From Rhizophagus irregularis (taxonomy: Eukaryota), in assembly GCF_026210795.1 (NCBI RefSeq), contig NC_089432.1, forward strand, positions 3,162,001 to 3,226,000: a stretch of 64,000 nt of DNA, given 5' to 3'. This document shows, in pieces, positions 51,635 through 64,000 of this stretch (its first letter is position 1; every line of letters begins with the position of its first letter). Position numbers and translations under genes: made by a program. Below the pieces are notes generated by a model. That model saw only the letters and a program-made list of their open reading frames with translations, had not been told where the DNA came from and did no database searches.

Positions 51635-52100
51635 AATGAAACAGTCAACTAAACAAGAATATCAAAATTTCAAAATAACTTCAGAAAAATTAGAATTAGA
51701 AACAATTTGCTATGTAATTTAGTTAATAATACTTCCATTTATTTGTAAATTTTACTGTTACATGTGAACTTGATTTATATTAAATTGAGTACAATGATTG
51801 AGTATTCTTGTTAAACATTTAAACTATGGTGTCTATTAAATTTAGCCTTAATTAAATATTAATTATTTTTTGACTGACGCCTTTTTTTATAAAGTACTTT
51901 TATTACTTTTAACTTAATATCTGACTAACTAACCTTTATTACTAGTTTTTTTTAAAAAATATATATCACAATAAATTATCTTAAGATATAAATAAAACAC
52001 TTTATGTGCAACCAATAATAATACTTCCCAAAATCAAACCTTTTTTTACTTTGATTATTCTAAAGACAAAAATTAGATATACAGTATATATTTTTTCAGG
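51635..52100 (+). pseudogene. 3' remnant (last codons + 3' flank) of a further RD-clade kinase-Sel1 copy
   Basis: AGAAAAATTAGAATTAGAAACAATTTGCTATGTAATTTAGTTAATAATA...CCATTTATTTGTAAATTTT matches 56178-56250; later sequence matches 62640-62810. Confidence 0.7.
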
Positions 52101-54040
52101 AGATTTTTCCAAACAAAATTCTAATTTCACATATAAATAAGCCCAGAAGCAATAATTTATTTATTTAACTTGTACAAGACTAACAATATGAGACATCATA
52201 AGAATGACATTTTTGTGTTACTCAGCAGTTCCCAGTGATTAAGGATGATTTCTGCGTATAATAAAGGTTAATTATATGAAATTCTGTGATTTTGTCAGAA
52301 TTATGCAAGGTCGGCCAACATTACGATTCACAAATTCTGGCCAAACTTAATATCAGCCAGCATTATGATGATTGCAAATCAGGCGAAAATTATCATCATT
52401 TTTCTGTGAAATTCTGTGAAACACAGAAAATTATCGTCCCTGTCCGGACAAATCTACTTTATCTGAAGTAATCAATTAATAAATATACTGCGGTAGATTA
52501 ACAAATAATTTCTATCCTGATGCCCACATTTCATGTGTGCCTGCTAACCGTGAGTGCATTTGATGCAATATTTGATAATTTTGTTAATTTAGTTGGCTGA
52601 AATTTTTTTGTGGTAATTTCGTGTTTTCCTAGTACAATGCTGTTGAATTTTTTTATGGATTGCAGATTTTGTGACTCATGTGGTTATGATGATGATAATG
52701 TGGTGATAATGTGGTGATGATGATGATGATGTAGAAGGCCAGGGCATTTCTTGGTAGATTTTGATATAAAATTTGATTGTTAATACAAATAAAACTAAAA
52801 TTATGTAGTTCTAAATAAAACTTTCCCTCAATTGATGTTAAAGCATCTGAAAAAAAATGAAAAAAATGGAAGATCCATGTTTTAACAACGTAGTATGATT
52901 TTTTAAGCAGCTTCCATTTGAATGGAATAATGTGATTGGAATATCAGTTAGTTTATCTTTAGCCATATAGTCTGATGAGATGATACTTTCAAATTGTGTA
53001 CCAAGATTTGTAAAAAGTACTGAATCTAATATCAAAGCTTGCCTACAACGTTTATCTGATGGATTGGTAAATCTTCAGGTTTGATAGGTAAAATGGTGGC
53101 AGAGGTTAAGATTAACTGGGTCCTCATGTAGATAATATGAAAATCACATAAAATAATAATTATAATATTAGTGTGAAATTTAATTTTAAAACAAATAATA
53201 AATGTATTTAAAAAAAATTAAGAATAAAGTTTAATTTCTTACATCAATTTGATTATAAACAAGTCCAATGCCAAATTTTGAATTTGTAATAGATAAGACT
53301 TGTCCTTCTTCCAATTTTGATACATAGAATGGTTTTTCTTTGTTAAGAGGAAAACACTATAATATTAAATATTTGGGTAGCATTTGAGTCACCTTCAAAT
53401 CTTGTATATCCAGTAGCCATTCCTATGAAGAATTCACCTGGCATTTCCTTATATTCTGAAATATAAAGAATTGTTGAAAGCTGCGCAGGCATTAGAAAAT
53501 AAAAATTAAATGTAAAATTATTTTAAAAGAAAGTGATTTTTTTTTCGTCGTGTGCGTGGGAAAATCAAAAAAAACTGATTTTTAAAAAGAAAATTCGTCA
53601 TATGGGAAATCCAAAAAACTGATAAATTTTTTTTAAAAAAAGCAATGATGATTTCTCATATGAAGAATTTCATTGTCATAATTAAATTATTTTTATAGCT
53701 TAATAAATTTTTTATTTTTATATTGCAATTACCAATCGGATTAGTTTCATTTCGTTGCTATAAATTTGTTCTATTTATGCAGCCTAATTCAAAATTGTAT
53801 TGAGATTAGGGCCTGCCCAATTAAGCTAATTTATATGACTAATGATGTGCCACTCCGAATCCTGGACGATCCAATTTAGATTATGCGGCTTCACCGTCGC
53901 ACAATGTTTAGATATAGATTAGTATATATGTATGATTTACACAAATCCATAAATAGAATATTTTTTTTACTTCCTTCGTCAAAAATTTTTTATTGTTTTA
54001 CTCCATTTACTTATTTCTATTAGTAAAAATAATAATAAAA

Positions 54041-56210
54041 ATGCAAAATAATGAAAATATAAATGAATGGATTAATTGGATTGAAGAAGCCATTAATAAA
54101 AAAACATATTAAATTTTAAAAATATTCAAGAAATTGGTTCCGGAACATTCGGAAAAATCTTTCGTTACCTTAAAAGAAATTGTTAAAGAGGTATTACATT
54201 TATACTTATTTAAAAAAAAAAATTCGATTGAATACAGTATTTTATTTTTGATTTTTTTTTCTAATTATTGTACGTTCCATTAGCTTGAACTTCAACGACA
54301 TGTAGATTTTCATAATAATATTATTCGCTTTTATGGAATTACAAAACATGAGTCAAGTACTGGTAAGAATATCCATAAAAAAAAAATTAATAACGATTGT
54401 AACATATAAAGATGAATAATTAATAATAATTATTTTATTAGAAAATATATTTAATCCAACAAAAAATTATTTGTTGGTAATGGAATACGCTGACAGTGGT
54501 TACACTTCGTGATTATTTAAAAAATAACTTTCATAGACTTACTTGGAATAATAAATACAACTTGGCATACTGGTTGGCTTGTTCCGTACTATGTCTACAT
54601 GAAGAAGGAATTATCCAACGGGACTTGGTATTTCATTTTCCGGTATTAATAATATATTGATTTCAACAATTACTGTATAATTAATTTATTCTTATTTTTA
54701 TATTATAATAGCATTCCTGTAGCGTATTGATTCATCAAGATTTTATTAAGTTGGCGGATTTTGGCTTATCAAAAAGGATTGATGAAGCATCTAAATCACA
54801 ATCAAAATTGTTTGGTATGGTTCCCTATATTGATCCAAAAGTATTTATATTGAATGGCAAGAAATTAGATGAGAAGAGTGATATATACAGTATTGGTGTA
54901 CTGTTATTGGAAATATCAAGTGGAAAACCCCATTTCATGAAGAGAAATATGATTTTAGTTTAATGTATAAAATTTCACAAGGTCGAAGGGAAACAACCGT
55001 TCCCAATACTCCTAATGATTATTCTAATCTTTATACTGGTAAATATAAATGTATTGTTTGATTTATTTATTAAATTATTATTCTAATAAAATGCATTTCT
55101 TTAATTATTAGAATGTTGGAATAATGAACCAAGTAAACAGCCAGCTATGCATGAAGTTGTTAATAAATTAAGCATATTTATTTCAAATTCAGATAACATA
55201 ACAATTTATCAACAGAATGATATAGTATCTGTTCCTGTACCAAATGAAAAAAATACAACCCCAAATAGTACAGGAAATTCATTGCATGGAGAATTATTTA
55301 ATATGAATATAAGTGAGGTAGATAGGATATTTACAAATGAACGAATTAATGAAAACATTACATCTGAGATTAACGAAATAGTTGATTTCATTTTTGAAGA
55401 AGTTAATAAAGGTCATATGAAGGTAAAACGGAATGTTCTTGATTATTTGGATAATCATATTATAAACTCAAAAGAAATTTATAATCGATTATAAGTAATC
55501 GAAATACTTTAGAATCCATCTTTTTTCTTGGTTATTTCAATTATACTGGAATTGGAACGACCAAAGATAAAGAGAAAGCATACAATTTATTTATTAATGC
55601 ATCAGAAAATAATTATATATTAGCACAATATTATGTTGGAGAATGTTATAGATTTGGAAGTGGAATTACAAAAAATCAAAAACTTGTATTTAAATATTAT
55701 AAAAAAGCAGCTAATTAAGATTTTGCAAGTGTACAAATGAAATTAGGTTGGTTTATAATAAAGGAATAAGTTAAAAAAGATTTAAAATTGGCTGCATACT
55801 GGTATAAAAAAGCCGCAAACAATGGAAATTTAAAAGTTATGCATAACCTTGGCCACCTATATATAAATGGGGATAGTGTTGATAAAAATAATCAAAGAGC
55901 TTTTGAATTATTCAAACAATCAGCTGAAGGAGAATTTTCAGGTGGAATAACGATGTTAGCTTATCGTTACAGTAATGGAATTGGAATTAATATTGATAAA
56001 TAAAAGGCATTTGAATTACAACGGAAGGCTGCAAATTTAGGAGATATGATGGCAAAGTTTATTCTCGCAGTTATGTATGAAAAAGGAGATGGAATTGAAA
56101 AAGATTTAAATTTATTGGTATGAACAATCTGCTAAACAAGGACATCAAAAAGCTCCTAAAAAGATTAAAAGAATTCAAGAAAAATTAGAATTAGAAATAA
56201 TTTGCTATGT
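54041..56210 (+). pseudogene. Kinase-Sel1 copy 7 (RD clade), multiple frameshifts and stops
   Basis: Colinear with copy 8 (MQNNENINEW, QRDL, DFGLSKRIDEAS, Sel1 repeats), with deletions in exon 1 and stops in exon 5. Confidence 0.88.
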
Positions 56211-59200
56211 AATTTAGTTAATAATATTCCATTTATTTGTAAATTTTTCTATTATATAGGAACATAGGCATGGCAATTTCAAACACTAGAATTCATTAAA
56301 ATTATTTATGTAATATTAATTTTATATTATTAAATTAAGTATAATGAATGATGTATTTTTGTTAAACATTTAGAACTATAGTGCCTCTTAAAAAGGAATA
56401 AATGAATAAGGTTTAATCCTTATTTTTTGAGAAAAATCCCTAACACTTTTCTTTATAAAGTACCTTACCTTTTAGCTAAATAACCATTAATATTTTTTAA
56501 AAAAATTTTATATCACATTTATATCTTAAATGTAAACTTTTTTATTTTGTATGGCTGCTTCAAGATCGATTAATTCTATAGGGCCATCTTAATAAGTTGA
56601 GTTTGGTATAGCTTAAGTATTTGATGCATTTAAAATGTAAATCTCGTAGTATCCTGCGATACATTTATGCGTGTTTTGACTTGCTATATATCACATGTTA
56701 TTATGTGATTCAATTAATTATAAAATTTAAAAAAAACTATTTAATTTTTGAAGATTTAATTATAACGACAAGAAAAAGAAGTAAATTGTTCAAATTATGA
56801 AAATATCCGTCTGTCTTCTTTCCTCAGTATTTAAAAAAGAAATTATATATAACAATATTTAATTATACAATTTATTATACACTTATGCTTTACTCTCGTA
56901 TATAATTTAATTTAAGTGACACTACATTAGAAATAACTTTATCATCAACTACATTTTAACCAATAAGTTATAATTACTAACTCGCCTTTGAAATATTATA
57001 CAGCTTTATTCTCACTTTGAATATATTCAAAAATGATTGAAGTTAATTAATAAGAAGAATTTCAAAAATTTCATTGTAAAATAACGGGTACTAAGCAATC
57101 ATTTTTTTTCTATAAACAAAAATGTCAGATAGTAATTATTTTAATAACTGAAGAAATATATTTTCTTTATTACGATAAAACATTTAAAAATTAAAATTAT
57201 ATTGATGTTTGCTATCTTTAGGATTGTTTAGTTATATCAAAAAAAATAATTCTATATAAATTAGGAACTTGAATCTGTATTTTTAACACTAAGCAATAAT
57301 AAATAACATTAAAAATTATGTTGACAAGTTTATAATGTTCCACAATTAAATTTTGATAAATCTATTAAATTGTACTAGTTATGGCAAATATAAGAAACAT
57401 ACTTTTTGCTTCATATTTTTGATAAGGATGTCTGCCTTTCCGATTATCAAAAAAATAATCTATGGCCAATACATTTAAATATCGAGAATTAATTAATAAC
57501 CTTAAGATTAAATACTTAAAATTTGATAAAACTTATGACATCATCAATTTCATAAAAATATTGTCAGGAAGAATACTAATTACAGTTATTACTAGTTGCA
57601 CATTTGTTTCTTTTGATTAATCTAATAAACATAAATTAATATTAGCTTTAAGACGTTTTAAGCTAGATAAAGATATTTCTCCAAATGACACAAATTTACA
57701 TTTCAATGTTCACAACCGAAAAGTATATCCATTGGAAATTCCTAATTCTTTGTTATTATTATAAAACATTTAAAGTTTTTTTGAGCTCCAATTAATCTAC
57801 CGATTTTCCAGAATTATTATAATTTTGTAATATCACATGCGAGTGTTCTAATAGTATCCTTCCAAAATATTTCTTTATTATAGTTCACGATTAATGATTT
57901 AATACATTTTTCGTTTTAGAAGTTTATTAAAATATTTTTATCACATATTTATATAATATTTACATATAAATTAAACTTTAAAAAATTATTTAATAATATA
58001 AGAAATAAGTTATTTATTTATTTATTAATTCGCAAAGTTCTTTTATTACATAATGAAAACAATATTAAGATTAAAGAGAAATGATTATTCCTATAGTGTA
58101 TGATACAATGATGGTAAAGTAACGATTCACCCAAATATCGATAACGTATACCTAAATTCTGAAAGCTTATTATATTTTACTTATCGGCATTTTTTTTTAT
58201 TAACAAGTGAATTTAGCAAAAGAAAAGATTTAGTTATGTTTCTTTTTCGAGAGTTTTAACTTTTAACCAACAAAAAAAACTTATATTCACACAATAAGCT
58301 AAACTCCACACATGACCCGGATGAATATTTTCGGCAAACTATAAACTTTTTATTGATCTAATCGATTCTTTGCGTTACACAACTTTTCTTTTCTTTTAAT
58401 AATTTTAACGTGTCCAACAAAAAAATAAGGATGTGAGAAAGTTGAATGAAAGAGAAGATATTTTAAAAAAAAAATGTTACAAATGCCAAAACAATATTAA
58501 AGATTCATTTGGAATTAATATTTTATTTATTAACAATGTTATTACAATTTAATTTTTTTTTTTATTACATTTTTAAGACTAAGAAATTATTAGAAGAATT
58601 ACATAATAAGTCAAAAGGTCATTTATAGTAAAAGAAAATTTGTCCCAATTTCAAATTATTGTAAAAGATGAACAACGAAAGAATTTGAATAATTTTTAAT
58701 CATACTACAATGTATTCGGAATAGTATTGTAGCATATTTAATAGAATTCATAAATTATAACTAAAAAACTATTTAAGTCTTTTCAACAAATAAAAAAATA
58801 ATCATAAAATATTCAATCTAGTTGTTAATAAAGAAATACACTGTCATGGCGTCATGCTGTCGTAACATAATTACCGAAAATAATCATAATGGTGTAGCCG
58901 AAAAACGGAGCCGAATTCCTGATTGCCGATGTAACACCTATGCCCGTAATAAAATACGTTGCCACCATAGGTATTAACAAAATAACTCTTTAATTATGAT
59001 ATAAATAAATACAATAATATGCTTGGTTTAATACTGTTAAATAATAAATAAGTTAATTATATTAAAATTTTAAAGTGCGATAATTTCTCCATATTAGTAA
59101 CCTTTAATTCTATTAATTTACTTAATGTGGCAATTTTTCATCATAAGAAAAATGCTAAAAGATTCGTGTTATTATTATTATTAGAATGAATTTATAATAC

Positions 59201-59454
59201 TTAACCATTTTTATTTCCTAAAGTCCGAAATTATAACTTGTTTTTCAGGAAACCAAAATATTACGCCTATTTATACTTCGCCAAATTCATAATTTACTTC
59301 ATGGATCTTAATCTTTAAAGTAATTCCATTATTTTAAAAGTATTTCCATTGTTTCAAAATAATTCCACAAAATATTTACAATTTCCTACTTTCCATAAGA
59401 TCATCATTAACTCCTTAATTATGATTTGTAATACCTTTCACGTAATGATCTACT

Positions 59455-59620
59455 TCTCGGATCACTAATTATCCTTAAATCATGTGACTAATAGTTTAAC
59501 GACTTCACGGTCCGATAGTTATCCCTAATTTTTATGACCAATAGTTTAACGTCATTTCGGACCAATAATTATCCCAAATTTTTGTAACCAATAGTTTAAC
59601 GTCATTTCGGACAAATAATA
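59455..59620 (+). repeat. ~50-bp tandem repeat, about 3 copies
   Basis: AATAGTTTAACG..(C/A)TT..GGACCAATAATTATCCC.AATTTTT.TGACC units starting near 59491, 59540 and 59590. Confidence 0.7.
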
Positions 59621-60141
59621 AATACAACTAAAAATAAATTAAAATTTTATATACTAAGATTAAATATAATACTGCGCCCCACAATTAGTAAATTTACTAT
59701 GTATACTACGGACTACGGCATTACACCGATCATCCGGACCCGGGATCATGTATGCAGATCATGTATAACCTGGAAACAAATCCGGGCTACCATTTTTTTA
59801 TTGGGTTGTGATCATATGACACTTTTGTGTCACCCAGCGTCTTTTATTTCGTTCTGAATTAATTAATTGTTATTGTTTACATTGTCGAATTTACTGGAAT
59901 ATTTTTGGTATTAATAAGACTATTTATTTTTATTTTTTAATTGAGGCTTAACTAAAAAAAAAAAATGCGTAAGCAAATACCGCGGTTGATCGGCAACTAA
60001 TTTTAATGTTTGTTACGTAACTCTATAAATATACACAAATCCATAAATAGAATTTTTTTTCTTTTCCTGACTAACCACCGTCAAAAATTTTTATTGCTTA
60101 TTTCATTTACTATTTCTAATAATAATAAAATAATAACAAAA

Positions 60142-62460
60142 ATGCAAAATAACGAAAATATAAATGAATGGACAAATTGGATTGAGGAGGCTATTATTAA
60201 ACAACATATTAAATATTATGAGTATGAAAATTTTAAAAATATTCAAGAAATTGGTTCCGGGGCATTTGGAAAGGTTTTTCGTGCAAATTGGAAAAATTTT
60301 GGCCATTATTTAGCATTAAAATCATTTTATAATCTAAATAACATTACCTTAAAAGAAATTGTTAATGAAGTAATTAAATATTTTAATTTCATTTTTATTA
60401 AAAAAAAATTATTTTTTCGTATACTCTTTTTCATATTTATTCATTTTCTAATTATTATGCATTTATAATTTAGCTTAAACTTCAACGAGAAGTAGATTTT
60501 CATGACAATATTATTCGCTTTTATGGAATCACAAAATTTGAATCAGGTATTTGTAAATATATAAATATCAAGTATAACAAATTAAAATTAGGTTTATTTA
60601 AATTTTTTTTTTTTTTGTAAAAACTAATAATCGATTCTTTCTTTTTTTATTAGAAAATAAAATTGACCAAACAAAGAATTATTTGTTAGTAATGGAATAC
60701 GCTAACGATGGTACTCTTCGTGACTATTTAAACAAAAACTTCAATAGTCTTAGTTGGGATGATAGGTATAATTTAGCACATCAATTAGCTTGTTCTGTAT
60801 TATGCCTACATGATGAAGGGATCATTCACCGAGATTTGGTATTTTTTTTAATAAAATATTTAAAATATTTTACAAACTAAATTAATATTATTTATATATT
60901 ATAATAGCATTCTTGTAATGTATTGGTTCATAAGAAATCCATCAAGTTGGCGGACTTTGGATTATCAAAAAGGATTGACGAAGCATCGAATTCACAATTA
61001 AAGTTACTTGGTATGGTTCCCTATATTGATCCAAAAGTATTAATGAATAGCAATAATTTAAAATTAAATGAGAAGAGCGATGTATATAGTATTGGCGTTT
61101 TATTATGGGAAATATCAAGTGGGAAACCACCATTTCATGAAGAGAAAAATAATATTGGCTTAATCTATGACATTTCACAAGGCCGAAGGGAAGAAATTAT
61201 TCCTGATACTCCTAATGATTATTCAAATCTTTATATTGGTAAATATGATTTCAATATATTGTTTGTTTTACTTATTAAAGTCATTATTTTAATCAAATTC
61301 TTTAATTATTAGGATGTTGGAATAATGAACCAAGTAAACGACCAAATATGCATGAGGTTGTTAATAGATTAACAGTATTTATTTCAGATTCAAATAGCAC
61401 AACAATTGATCAACAGAATAACATATCTGATCAAACTTATCCTACGCCAAATGAAAATCTAACTCCAAATAGTGCAGGAAATTCATCACATGGAGAATTA
61501 TCTCAAATGATTCAAAATTTCACTAATATGAATACAAGAGAAATAGATAGTATGTCTAAAAATGAACAAATTAATGAAAATCTTTCACCTGAGAAAAATT
61601 TAAGCATTACGATTAATGAAATAGTTGATCTCATTTTTAAGGAAAATATTAAAGATAATATGAAGGTAGAACAGCATGTTCTTGATTATTTGAATAATCA
61701 TAATGTAAATTCAAAAGAAATTTATAATTGGTTATTAAATAATCAAAACAATCCAGAATCTATTTTTTTACTTGGTTATTTTAATGTTTATGGAATTGGA
61801 TCAACCAAAGATGAAGAGAAAGCATTTAATTTATTTATTAATGCATCAAAACAGGATCATACATTAGCACAATATTTTGTTGGAGAATATTATGAATTTG
61901 GAGATGGAATTACAAAAAATGAAAAACTTGCATTTGAATATTATGAAAAAGTAGCTAATAAAGATTATGCAAGTGGACAATTTAAATTAGGTTGGTTTTA
62001 TGATATTGGAATAAGTGTCAATAAAGATTTAAAAATGGCTGTGTATTGGTATGAAAAAGCTGCAAATAATGGAGATTTAGAAGCTATGCATAATCTTGGC
62101 CTCATATATAAAAATGGAGATGGTGTTGATAAAGATCATCAAAAAGCTTTTGAATTATTCAAACAATCAGCTGAAGGAGGAGATTCAAGTGGAATAATGA
62201 TGTTAGCTTATTGTTACGATAATGGAATTGGAATTAATATTGATAAACAAAAGGCAGTTGAATTGTATCAGAAAGCTGCAAATTTAGGACATATAACGGC
62301 TCAATATAATCTTGCTATTATATATGAAGAAGGAGATGGAATTAAAAAAGATTTAAATAAAGCAATTTATTGGTATGAACAATCTGCTAAACAAGGACAT
62401 CAAAAAGCTCAAAATATATTAAAAAAACTAAGAAAAATTAGAATTAGGAACAATTTATGA
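60142..62460 (+). CDS. Kinase-Sel1 copy 8: canonical RD TKL-type kinase + 6 Sel1 repeats, ~654 aa
   Basis: Exons 60142-60369, 60474-60546, 60654-60838, 60908-61238, 61313-62460. Motifs GSGAFG, ALK, NE, HRDLHSCN, DFG, GMVPYIDP and DVYSIG. Confidence 0.92.
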
Positions 62461-63145
62461 TGTAAATTATTTGTACCATTACATAGAAAAATAAACATGG
62501 TAATTTTAAACATCAGTATTTATTAATTAAATTATGTAGTATCAAATTTTTATAATATTAAATTGAATATAATGAATGTGTATTCTTGTTAAACACTTAA
62601 AATTATTATACCTTTTAAAAAGGAATAAATGATATACTATAAAGTACTTTCATTACTTTTTAACTCAATAGCCAGTAATATATCTTAATTTTTTTAAAAA
62701 ATTATATAATAATAATTACATTAGTATCTTATTAATACAAAATGATGTATAGATAAAACACTTAATATGCAACCAATAATATTTCCCAAAATTCCAATTT
62801 TTTACTTTGACTCAGCTAATTCTATATGGCAATTTTAATTAATCGAGGTAGATCTTTTTTGGCCAAAAGCAGGTTGTCCAAAAATATACTTGAGAATTTG
62901 TCGTATCTAAAATGTAAATCTTAACATTTCTTCTATTTGTTGAATCCAGATAAAAAAATCTCATTAGGAGGATAAAATTAGTGTAATTCTATAAATACAC
63001 AGGTGATCGTGATAAATTGGATCTTTGATAAACCGGATTTGGTGTAGGGTTTCAATCTGTTATCTGAATTAGAATCCGGATTGAAATCTGTATTTCAGAT
63101 TTAGATCTGGATTAAGACTTGTAATTCGGATTAAAATACAGATTA

Positions 63146-63349
63146 CAGCTGTTTTCATAAGACCTGGGACAAAATAAATTTTTGGACCCGACCACCAACC
63201 CACCAATCTGGTTCAGTTGTTATTTGCTTTACAAATCAAATTATCAAATCTGGATTACATGCCTAGCGAAAAATACTGGATCAGCAGGTCAGTGGGTCGG
63301 TGGTCGGGTTCAAAAATTTATTTTGTCCCAGGTCTTATGAAAACAGCTG
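63146..63349. mobile_element. Tc1/mariner-type MITE, TA TSD, ~50-bp TIRs
   Basis: TA|CAGCTGTTTTCATAAGACCTGGGACAAAATAAATTTTTG... with a near-perfect reverse complement ending CAGCTG|TA. Confidence 0.88.
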
Positions 63350-64000
63350 TAAATTATATTGTCCAGATTAAATCTGAATGAGACTTATGATAATTATATA
63401 TCAATAAATTATTTAATATAAAATATTATATATTATATAAGTTTTTTTTTTATTTTTTAATAAGATTAGTATGCAATATAAATTTATTACACTTATATTT
63501 CTAATATGCTTCATCTTCTAGTTATTCCAATCTGGCGTGAAAACTTCCATAACTTTCATATTTTGTTTTAAAAAGTGCATTTTAGTCACTATTCCCTTTC
63601 ATCCAAGAATGTACGTATGCATAGTTCTCCATTAACATCAAAACATTTTGTAAAATAACTATGTGTGATACTTGTATATTTTCTTTTAGCACTGCCCTCT
63701 TTTATAAATATTAATTAAAAAAAAGATAATTTTTATTCTTTTTAATAAAAAGAATTATTTTACAACCTTTTCTTCTAATTTCATAGGCAGTAGTCGCTAA
63801 TTTTGTAATTCTTTGAACTTAAAGGGCTTTGTAAACTTCTATTAGGAAATTCTTCATTATCCAAATCAATTTCAATATTATTATTTTCTATTGTTTATAT
63901 TGTTTACAATAACTTAAGTGAGACGTAAAGAATTTTGTTTACAAGTAAATAGTGATTATTAATATAGTAAATCAGTATTAAACTATTTATATACTAATCC

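Noticed and set aside
60010..60141. N-terminal extension of copy 8 in the ORF track
   Set aside because: It starts at TTG; paralogue alignment places the ATG at 60142, and the extension covers promoter and 5' UTR.

Overview
Very AT-rich eukaryotic DNA with short introns. The gene families present (tyrosine-kinase-like kinase fused to Sel1 repeats, BTB-BACK-TLDc, ML-domain secreted protein) point to an arbuscular mycorrhizal fungus of the Rhizophagus type (inference). The window is a head-to-tail + strand array of eight kinase-Sel1 loci plus a ninth 3' remnant, with a shared five-exon structure. Only the last copy (60142-62460) has canonical HRD/GxGxxG motifs. Copies 1 and 3-6 form a non-RD (HHD/YYD/YHD) clade that erodes toward pseudokinases while keeping its reading frames, and copy 2 retains only its Sel1 module. 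Three copies share in-frame deletions that remove the activation loop and use a GC-AG intron. The spacers are full of DNA transposons whose target-site duplications (TSDs) can be checked against empty paralogous sites. Highlights are a 6.5-kb Mutator-type composite element (9-bp TSD) carrying host-gene cargo, a 4.5-kb CCC..GGG element (3-bp TSD) carrying a 681-codon unknown ORF with one in-frame UGA, a 6-bp-TSD MITE family, hAT and Tc1/mariner MITEs and a probable Helitron 5' end. A small secreted cysteine-containing protein gene also lies inside the array. All gene models were read manually and no searches were run.
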